Part shown: positions 7,123 through 13,973 of the stretch, one piece after another
Layout of the letters: each line of letters opens with the position of its first letter
Position numbering within the stretch: the first letter of the stretch is position 1
The notes under the pieces: model-generated
Databases searched by the model: none
Seen by the model: only the letters and a program-made list of their open reading frames with translations
What the model was told of the DNA's origin: nothing
Position numbers and translations under genes: made by a program
From: Candidatus Thorarchaeota archaeon
Lineage (GTDB): Archaea; Asgardarchaeota; Thorarchaeia; Thorarchaeales; Thorarchaeaceae
Assembly: GCA_016839605.1 (NCBI GenBank)
Contig: JAEOTX010000017.1
Location: 1 to 13,973 of the forward strand
Direction: 5' to 3'
DNA: 13,973 bases

Positions 7123-8784
7123 TTGTCAAGAAACCAACAAATTGCGATAGTAGTCATCATAGTGATTGCAGTTGGTGGAATTGCAGGTTATATGCTGCTA
7201 TTCCCGCCAGCTCCAGCGGAGGATGTCATCATCTTCGGAACGACTGATACCGTTGAAGCTAGTATCGACATGGCGCAATCTTATGACTACTTCGGTTGGG
7301 AGATCATCACGACTCTCAGCTCTGGTCTGGTTGAGATAATACCAGGTTCAGAAGGGACGGCTGATGATATACGTGGAGCCCTCGCCTCAAGTTGGACGAG
7401 GAGCACTGATGGAAAAACATGGGACTTCACCCTGCGGCAAGGTGTGACGTTCTTCGATGGAACTGCTTTCAATTCCAGCGTAGTAAAGTACACCTTCGAT
7501 AGGAACTGCAACCTCACAGGCACCGGTTTGCAGGAGCCCGATGGTCCGCAATTCAACATGGGTTATGCAGACATTATCCATGATGTGGAGCTCACGGGCA
7601 CTTACACGGTTCGGTTCAATCTGAACATCGCATTTGCACCGTTCCTGCAGCTCATGTCCTGCGCAGCCTCATACATGGTGCATCCTGATTATGCACCACT
7701 GAGTGACGGCGACCCCGTCACTATCGATTACGTGCAGTACACTGCCGGTGATGTAAGAGGCAGCCATCCAAATGGACTTGGCCCCTACATTCTCACTGAG
7801 TGGGATCGAGTAGGCGGTGAAGATGAGCTGATGCGTCTCGAGGCTAATCCCGACTATTGGGACTATGCTAACGCTCCAAAGACCGAGATAATCATCATCC
7901 AGTTCTACGCGGATGAGGCCAGTCTGACAGCAGCATTGACTGCTGGTGACATCGATGTCGGATACAGACATTTCACCCCAGATCAGGTGGACAGCTTCCG
8001 AGACGACGCTGATTACACGGTCTGGGAAGGCCCGGGTGCTGCTATCCAGTACATGTTGTTCCAGCAGACCATCTATCCATATAATGAAACACTAATTCGA
8101 CAGGGAATTGCTGCTGCTCTGAACAGGACCAACGTAGCGGAGACAGTATTCCGTGGAACTGTTGATCCGCTTTACAGTATCGTTCCTGCAGGAATGGCAT
8201 TCCATAAGCCGAGCTTCGAGGTCCATGGTGAAGCAAACTACACCTTTACTGTCGAGGCTCTGGATGCTTTTGGCTATAACGCCACGAATAAGCTAGTGGT
8301 CGAACTATACTACGAGTCTTCAGCGCACTATCCATCGAGTGCTGATCAGGCTGCAGTGTACAAGAGCGACCTAGAAGCAAGTGGAGTCATAACTGTTAAT
8401 CTAAACAACTATGACTGGCCAACCTATAGGCAGCAGAGGAATGCCGGAACGATGGATGTGTTCATCTACGGATGGTATCCGGACTATATTGACCCAGACA
8501 ACTATGGCTTCCTGCCATTCGCGTCATGGCTCAACCTAGGATACAACGAAACATATCCAGCGGGAGGCGTTGCTCAATATGATCTATGGGTAGAAGGGCG
8601 CAGTGCAGAAGATGATGCTGGTAGGCAAGCGGCTTACTATGCTCTGCAGGATTTGCAGGCGGAAGAGGTCTCATGCATACCACTCTGGCAAGGTACGACA
8701 AATTGTGTCACTGTTAGTGGAATCACTGGCATCATCCTTGACATCACTTTGAACTGGCGCCACTGGCTCCTAGACTGGGCATAG
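7123..8784 (+). CDS. oppA: Peptide/nickel ABC transporter substrate-binding protein (family 5, OppA/DppA-like)
   Basis: Family 5 signature LASSWTRSTDGKTWDFTLRQGVTFFDGTAFNSSVVKYTF, plus GLGPYIL, LEANPDYW, IRQGIAAALNR and GWYPDYIDPD. N-terminal hydrophobic anchor. Directly upstream of B/C/D/F components. Confidence 0.93.
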   Translation: MSRNQQIAIVVIIVIAVGGIAGYMLLFPPAPAEDVIIFGTTDTVEASIDMAQSYDYFGWEIITTLSSGLVEIIPGSEGTADDIRGALASSWTRSTDGKTWDFTLRQGVTFFDGTAFNSSVVKYTFDRNCNLTGTGLQEPDGPQFNMGYADIIHDVELTGTYTVRFNLNIAFAPFLQLMSCAASYMVHPDYAPLSDGDPVTIDYVQYTAGDVRGSHPNGLGPYILTEWDRVGGEDELMRLEANPDYWDYANAPKTEIIIIQFYADEASLTAALTAGDIDVGYRHFTPDQVDSFRDDADYTVWEGPGAAIQYMLFQQTIYPYNETLIRQGIAAALNRTNVAETVFRGTVDPLYSIVPAGMAFHKPSFEVHGEANYTFTVEALDAFGYNATNKLVVELYYESSAHYPSSADQAAVYKSDLEASGVITVNLNNYDWPTYRQQRNAGTMDVFIYGWYPDYIDPDNYGFLPFASWLNLGYNETYPAGGVAQYDLWVEGRSAEDDAGRQAAYYALQDLQAEEVSCIPLWQGTTNCVTVSGITGIILDITLNWRHWLLDWA

Positions 8785-8815
8785 ACAGTATCCACGTAAG
8801 GAATAATCAACAATC

Positions 8816-8854
8816 GGTGCTACTGATTCAGTAGCACCAACCTATCTTTTTTTT
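8816..8854 (+). terminator. Hairpin plus T8 tract after the binding-protein gene
   Basis: Perfect 10-bp inverted repeat GGTGCTACTG-att-CAGTAGCACC (8816-8838), followed after 8 nt by TTTTTTTT (8847-8854). Confidence 0.75.
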
Positions 8855-8909
8855 AATTCTTCAATCTCTTAGAGCGGAAAAGATATGCCCTATTCTAGCT
8901 CTCGCTCAG

Positions 8910-8925
8910 TCCGCATCCCTTAAAA
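8910..8925 (+). promoter_or_regulatory. Putative internal promoter (TATA-like) for oppBCDF
   Basis: TCCGcatcCCTTAAAA lies about 50 nt before the oppB ATG and resembles TCCGacaCCTTAAATA upstream of oppA. Confidence 0.4.
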
Positions 8926-8975
8926 CCCCTTTATCCCCGTTTCAGAGGTAACTCCAGAGAACAGGGGTCAGCAAG

Positions 8976-9992
8976 ATGTCATTAAGGTCATACATTGTTA
9001 GTCGAGTGCTACTCACAATTCCTATGATTATGCTTCTATTGACGTTAGTGTTTATTATACTCAGAATTGTGCCGGGGGATCCAGCCCTGCTCCATTTTGA
9101 GAAGAACGTTGACCCTGAGGTTCTTGCTCAGTTCAGGGCTCAACTAGGACTAGACAAATCAATCCCCGAACAATATTGGGATTATCTTACCGGGATATTT
9201 AGAGGGGACTTTGGACTCTCGATGCAGGACTTTGCACCCATTACTGATCATCTTGTGGGAAGATTCCCAGCTACAGTGGAACTAGCTCTCTACTCCATGC
9301 TGATTGCCGTAGGTCTTGGAGTATTCTTGGGGGTGAAGTCCTCGAAGAAGTATGATAGCAATACCGATCAGGGAATACGACTGTTTGGGATAGTCACCTA
9401 TGCAATTCCTGTGTTTTTCCTAGGAATGATATTTCAGTTCATCTTCTCAATCTGGTTGGACTGGCTGCCGACAGGTCAGCGATTTGACCCGCGGATGGGG
9501 GCCTATATGCCAGAGCGTATTACGGGACTCTATACAATCGACAGTCTTCTTACTGGTAACCTCGTGGGGTTCGTCACCTCCCTAAGGTACCTCATACTAC
9601 CATCACTCACTCTTGGTCTGATTCTGTGTGGTGTCTTCATTCGACTTACTAGAACAAACATGCTTGAAACTCTGCGCCAAGATTTTGTAGTGGCAGCTGA
9701 GGCCAGGGGTCTTTCAGAGAGGACAGTTACTTATGGCTACGCTTTGAAGAATGCATTCTTGCCCATTCTAACGATGATTGGGCTGCAATTCGCAATCCTT
9801 CTGGCCGGAGCCATTCTGACAGAAACCACATTCAACTGGCCCGGACTCGGTACATATCTGGTTGGACGTATCGATCACAGGGATTATACCGCAATACAAG
9901 GCACAGTCGTCTTCTTTGGGATTCTTGTAAGTTTGGTTAGCCTCTTTGTAGACATATTATATGCGTATTTTGATCCTCGAATCCGACTATGA
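8976..9992 (+). CDS. oppB: Peptide ABC transporter permease (OppB/DppB)
   Basis: PGDPA, LGLDKSIPEQY, GDFGLS, RFPATVEL, EAA loop FVVAAEARGLSERTV, ETTFNWPGLG, DILYAYFDPRIR. Confidence 0.95.
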   Translation: MSLRSYIVSRVLLTIPMIMLLLTLVFIILRIVPGDPALLHFEKNVDPEVLAQFRAQLGLDKSIPEQYWDYLTGIFRGDFGLSMQDFAPITDHLVGRFPATVELALYSMLIAVGLGVFLGVKSSKKYDSNTDQGIRLFGIVTYAIPVFFLGMIFQFIFSIWLDWLPTGQRFDPRMGAYMPERITGLYTIDSLLTGNLVGFVTSLRYLILPSLTLGLILCGVFIRLTRTNMLETLRQDFVVAAEARGLSERTVTYGYALKNAFLPILTMIGLQFAILLAGAILTETTFNWPGLGTYLVGRIDHRDYTAIQGTVVFFGILVSLVSLFVDILYAYFDPRIRL

Positions 9993-10002
9993 GGTGTAGA
10001 AC

Positions 10003-11277
10003 ATGGATAATAGACAAGACACGAAGTTAGTCAGCGGGGTGTTCTACCAACTCAGTCCCAAGAGAGAATCTTTCCAGAATCAGTCGCGTACTTGGTGGAT
10101 TATCTTCATCATCGTGGTTGGAGGATCATTGGTCCTCCTAGCGGGATTGTTCCTTCTCGCAGCTCAGTCAATTAGTCAGATTGGAATTCAGGTGGTGCTC
10201 ATTACTTTCGCCATCGCGATTTGCATGATGATCATCCTATCCATTAAAGACCTGAAAATCGAAGACGGCACCCTAACGACAGCTAGGGGATATGCGCTTT
10301 TCATCGTCATGTGTGTAGTAGCTGCCCTAATACTGATCCCCCTTAGTCTAGTCTTCCTTCCATTGGATTCACTTACTTTCTGGATTGCGACAGTGGGTGG
10401 AGGACTGACCTTGTCCTTCACGGGACTGATGATACGTGACTTCTATCCAGAACTAAGAGAACGCGGAACAGCTGGCATCCTGACAATTTCTGGTCTTCTA
10501 ATTGTATTTGCTATAGTTTACATGACCTTCCTTGCGCCGTTCATCACTCCATATCTCCCCTTCTCAATCAATGTTGGCCCTGTCCTTGATCCACCATCAA
10601 GCGAGTACCCACTGGGCACAACAGCCCTCGGGCAGGATTTGCTGAGTAGAGTCATTGCAGGAGGGGCTACCATGCTCCAAGTAGCAGCAATTTCAGTAGC
10701 CGTCTGCTTCACAATCGGAGTGCCTGTAGGTCTGCTCGCATCTTTTAGGGGAGGACTAACAGATCGAGTCCTATCATTGGTGATGGATAGCATCTTTGCA
10801 TTCCCTGGACTAGTTCTTGCCATCGCGATCGCGGCCATGCTGGGTCCTGGAGCCGTTAACATGGCAATCTCTATTGCTGTAGTGTATATCCCATCCTATT
10901 TCAGAGTGGTTCGAAGCCAGGTATTGACAGTAAGAGAACTACCCTATGTTGAAGCTGCAGTTGTAATGGGGGCAAGAGACAGAGACATCATGTTTCGGTA
11001 CATCCTGCCAAATGTGCTTCCTTCAGCAGTGGTCGTGATGTCCATTAATTTTGCAGATGCTGTCCTGACAGCAGCGGGATTGACTTTCGTAGGTCTAGGA
11101 CTCCCTGTCGACATTGCTGACTGGGGCTGGGACCTAACAAGTGGCCGCAATCAGATGATTGTAGGTGCCTGGTGGGTCAGCAGCTTTCCAGGACTAATGG
11201 TTGTTATTCTTGCTCTAGGCTTCACACTCGCTGGTGATGGCTTGAACGAGATACTAACGCCTAAGCTTCAGGAGTGA
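10003..11277 (+). CDS. oppC: Peptide ABC transporter permease (OppC/DppC) with extended N-terminal membrane region
   Basis: PPSSEYPLGTTALGQDLLSRVIAG, EAA loop YVEAAVVMGA, ILPN, LTFVGLG, DWG, WWVSSFPG, GDGLNEIL. About 150 extra N-terminal residues with ~4 hydrophobic segments. Confidence 0.95.
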   Translation: MDNRQDTKLVSGVFYQLSPKRESFQNQSRTWWIIFIIVVGGSLVLLAGLFLLAAQSISQIGIQVVLITFAIAICMMIILSIKDLKIEDGTLTTARGYALFIVMCVVAALILIPLSLVFLPLDSLTFWIATVGGGLTLSFTGLMIRDFYPELRERGTAGILTISGLLIVFAIVYMTFLAPFITPYLPFSINVGPVLDPPSSEYPLGTTALGQDLLSRVIAGGATMLQVAAISVAVCFTIGVPVGLLASFRGGLTDRVLSLVMDSIFAFPGLVLAIAIAAMLGPGAVNMAISIAVVYIPSYFRVVRSQVLTVRELPYVEAAVVMGARDRDIMFRYILPNVLPSAVVVMSINFADAVLTAAGLTFVGLGLPVDIADWGWDLTSGRNQMIVGAWWVSSFPGLMVVILALGFTLAGDGLNEILTPKLQE

Positions 11278-12293
11278 TGGATTTGACAGACCTTCTTAGA
11301 ATCGAAAATTTAGTTGTGGAATACGCTACGAGGCGAGGGACTGCAAGAGCGCTCGACAAGGCGTCCATTATCCTTGAAGAGAACAAGACATTGGGATTGG
11401 CAGGTGAGTCAGGATGCGGCAAGAGTACACTCGGACGAGCAATTATGCGTCTTGTACCTTATCCTGGAAAGATCATCGAAGGTGAGATTTTCTTGAATCT
11501 GGACCAGCCTGTTTCAGTTAAAACCGAAGATATACCCATGGGCGAGGTCAACCTCATGAATCTTGATGAAGATCAGATGCGTGCTCTTCGAGGACGCATG
11601 ATTGCATATATCTTCCAGGATCCGATGACATCACTCAATCCTATGCTCACAATTGGTGACCATTTCATTCAGATCATGCAAGCACATGATCCCGAGATAG
11701 AGGATGAAGCTGCACTCGATAGAGCTAAGGAGATACTTGATGGGTTGGGCATCTTGCCTGAAAGGGTTACTGACTACCCACACCAGTTTAGCGGCGGCAT
11801 GCGCCAGAGGGTTATGATAGGATTAGGATTGGCACTTCGTCCAAGACTGCTAATATCTGATGAACCGACAACATCTCTTGATGTAATTGTTGAAGCGCAA
11901 ATCCTAGAGCAGATGGCTGAACTTAAGGATAAATTCAATCTAACAATGATTCTGATCACACACAATCTGGGCGTGTTGGCACAGACTGCAGATGACATAG
12001 CAATCATCTATGCTGGACGGATTATGGAGCATGCAAGCACGGATGCGTTATTCGGAAATCCCCAACATCCTTACACGAAAGCTTTGCTGGAGGCTGTTCC
12101 TGATGTATCAAAACCTGAGAAAAAGCTGACATGGATTCCTGGTGCCCCACCAGATCTCATGGACTTCATTCCCGGGTGTATGTACAATCCTAGATGTCCT
12201 CATGCAATGGACATATGCAGGACAACAGTACCAACTCTCATCAAGAGTAAGAGTGGTGGGAAAGTAGCCTGCTGGCTATATGAGGAGGAATGA
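11274..12293 (+). CDS. oppD: Peptide ABC transporter ATP-binding protein (OppD/DppD)
   Basis: Walker A GESGCGKS, Q-loop IFQDPMTSLNP, signature FSGGMRQR, Walker B LLISDEPT, HPYT and C-terminal Cys motif. Start may be ATG 11277 or TTG 11283 (GGAGTGA SD). Confidence 0.95.
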   Translation: MMDLTDLLRIENLVVEYATRRGTARALDKASIILEENKTLGLAGESGCGKSTLGRAIMRLVPYPGKIIEGEIFLNLDQPVSVKTEDIPMGEVNLMNLDEDQMRALRGRMIAYIFQDPMTSLNPMLTIGDHFIQIMQAHDPEIEDEAALDRAKEILDGLGILPERVTDYPHQFSGGMRQRVMIGLGLALRPRLLISDEPTTSLDVIVEAQILEQMAELKDKFNLTMILITHNLGVLAQTADDIAIIYAGRIMEHASTDALFGNPQHPYTKALLEAVPDVSKPEKKLTWIPGAPPDLMDFIPGCMYNPRCPHAMDICRTTVPTLIKSKSGGKVACWLYEEE

Positions 12294-12296
12294 AGT

Positions 12297-13274
12297 TTGA
12301 AGCTCGTTGAAGTGAAGAATGTAAAGAAGTACTTCCCAGTCCAAAAGGGCTTCATTGATCAGATTCTATCAAGAAAACAGACCTATGTTAGAGCAGTAGA
12401 TGACGTATCCTTCTATGTGAAGAAAGGAGAAGTCCTTGGATTGGCCGGGGAGAGCGGCTCAGGCAAGACAACCATGGGTCGCCTCTGTGTTCGACTAATA
12501 GCTCCCACTGAAGGCCAGATCCTGTTTGACGGTAAGGATATCGCACCCCTCAAGGGCGAGGAACTTAGACTAATGAAGAGGCGATTTCAATTTACCTTCC
12601 AAGATCCTACATCTTCATTAAATCCTCGACTTTCTATAGGAGAGGCTGTAGGTGATGCACTCAAACTGCAGGGTATTGGAGACAAGGATGAACAAGCATT
12701 CAGGTCGCGTGAGGTTCTTGAAAGAGTGGGTCTTTCCCCTGCTGAATCGTTCTACGACAGGCTGCCACATCAGCTGAGCGGAGGTCAGAAACAGAGAGTG
12801 GTATTCGGAAGAGCGATAATTCTCAATCCGGAATTTGTTGTAACAGATGAGCCTGTAGCTATGGTGGATGTTTCAATCAAAGCCCAGATTCTTGAACTGA
12901 TGATGGATCTCAAGAAAGAGCTGGATCTAACCTATCTATTCATCTCCCATGACCTAGCTACATCAAGATATGTCTGTGATCATATCGCTATCATGTACCT
13001 AGGTCGTATAATTGAGATTGCTGACAGAGATCAGATCTACGAGGATCCACTTCATCCTTACAGCCAAGGGTTGATGAGCGCGATACCAATTCCAGATCCT
13101 AAAGCCCAGAAAGCAGCAGCTATTCCTCAGGGTGAGATTCCAAGTCCTATTGATCCTCCATCAGGATGCCGCTTTCACCCGCGCTGTCCAAAAGCCTTCG
13201 ACAGGTGCCCCAAGGAAGATCCGGAGCTTAAAAATGCCGGCAATGGGAGAGTTGTTGCCTGTCACTTGTACTGA
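12297..13274 (+). CDS. oppF: Peptide ABC transporter ATP-binding protein (OppF/DppF)
   Basis: VRAVDDVSF, Walker [42 protein letters not shown]...C...VACHLY. TTG start with GGAGG SD. Confidence 0.95.
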   Translation: MKLVEVKNVKKYFPVQKGFIDQILSRKQTYVRAVDDVSFYVKKGEVLGLAGESGSGKTTMGRLCVRLIAPTEGQILFDGKDIAPLKGEELRLMKRRFQFTFQDPTSSLNPRLSIGEAVGDALKLQGIGDKDEQAFRSREVLERVGLSPAESFYDRLPHQLSGGQKQRVVFGRAIILNPEFVVTDEPVAMVDVSIKAQILELMMDLKKELDLTYLFISHDLATSRYVCDHIAIMYLGRIIEIADRDQIYEDPLHPYSQGLMSAIPIPDPKAQKAAAIPQGEIPSPIDPPSGCRFHPRCPKAFDRCPKEDPELKNAGNGRVVACHLY

Positions 13275-13298
13275 CAGGAAATCGCCATTATTTGACTC

Positions 13299-13973
13299 CT
13301 AGAGCTCTCCGCGACTCTTCTTAATAGCGGCTTGTGCTGCGGCAAGTCTAGCGAGTGGCAACCTATAAGGCGAACAGGACACATAGTCTAATCCGATTTT
13401 GTAGAAGAACTCCACAGATCTCGGATCTCCGCCATGCTCTCCGCATACGCCGATTTTCATTCCAGGACGCGTCTGTCTTCCTCGATCAATAGCTATCTCC
13501 ATCAGCTGACCTATTCCTCGCTTGTCTATGCTCTGGAATGGATCGTTTCTCAAGATGTGCCTATCGAGATAATTAGGCAGAAACGTACCGATGTCGTCTC
13601 GACTGAAACCAAATCCCATTTGAGAGAGGTCATTGGTACCGAATGAGAAGAACTCCGCGCTCTGCGCCATATCACCTGCTCTCATGCATGCACGAGGAAT
13701 CTCAATCATAGTACCATACATGAAGTCGACTTCGAGCCCTGTTTCCTCTTTGAACTTCTCGTAAAGGTCATCCACTCGCATCTTCATGTACCTCAGTTCA
13801 GCAGAACCTATTGTGACAGGAATCATGATTTCAAGCTTGACCTTCTTTCCTTCGTTCATCAATTCAGCTGCTGCGTCAAATATAGCTCGCACTTGCATCT
13901 CGTATACTTCTGGATAGATTATGCCCAGACGCACACCACGTAGCCCCATCATGGGATTCGATTCATGCAGGGA
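13299..13973 (-). CDS. ppdK: Pyruvate, phosphate dikinase, C-terminal PEP-binding domain (5'-truncated by window edge)
   Basis: The frame is open beyond 13952 to the edge (SLHESNPMMGLRG). Motifs GTMIEIPRA, FFSFGTNDLSQMGFGFSRDD, GVCGEHGGDP and YVSCSPYRLPLARLAAAQA are diagnostic of PPDK. Confidence 0.96.
   Translation of the reverse strand, partial: SLHESNPMMGLRGVRLGIIYPEVYEMQVRAIFDAAAELMNEGKKVKLEIMIPVTIGSAELRYMKMRVDDLYEKFKEETGLEVDFMYGTMIEIPRACMRAGDMAQSAEFFSFGTNDLSQMGFGFSRDDIGTFLPNYLDRHILRNDPFQSIDKRGIGQLMEIAIDRGRQTRPGMKIGVCGEHGGDPRSVEFFYKIGLDYVSCSPYRLPLARLAAAQAAIKKSRGEL

Noticed and set aside
8782-8840. TAG stop followed by a hairpin as possible pyrrolysine/selenocysteine recoding (PYLIS/SECIS)
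   Set aside because: Read-through would add only about 5 residues before TAA, the protein is already complete, and no in-frame TGA interrupts any gene. A terminator explains the hairpin better.
13275-13298. Bidirectional terminator between convergent oppF and ppdK
   Set aside because: The 24-nt gap has no convincing hairpin and only a T4 run.
2574-13646. Remaining short nested or antisense ORFs (e.g. 4446-4835, 7669-7971, 10518-10862, 13434-13646)
   Set aside because: All lie within well-supported genes, and their composition mirrors the codons of the real gene.
1-13973. CRISPR array, tRNA or rRNA genes
   Set aside because: All intergenic gaps are about 200 nt or less and show no spaced repeats or cloverleaf/T-loop motifs by eye. 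tRNAscan-SE and Infernal were not run.

Overview
Gene-dense prokaryotic window, most likely archaeal. Support for this is TTAAA(T/A)A TATA-like boxes, GGAG(G/T)-type Shine-Dalgarno motifs before mostly TTG starts, an N-anchored solute-binding protein rich in N-glycosylation sequons, and an HDLxND-type kinase H-box. An Asgard/Thorarchaeota-like origin is an impression only. From left to right it holds: (1) a large double-FtsX/MacB-type ABC permease on the minus strand that runs off the left edge and is missing from the ORF track; (2) a divergent orphan histidine kinase with about 6 TM helices; (3) two tandem, equal-length, signal-peptide-less paralogs of the DUF4140+DUF4139 (TIGR02231/MuiA-like) family; (4) a complete Opp/Dpp peptide ABC importer (A-B-C-D-F) whose C permease has an extra N-terminal membrane domain; (5) the 3' end of a convergent pyruvate phosphate dikinase gene. 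No RNA genes, mobile elements or CRISPR arrays were seen. The best candidate for an undescribed system is the DUF4139 paralog pair, a possible hetero-oligomer with oppositely charged linkers, together with the neighbouring kinase and FtsX exporter.
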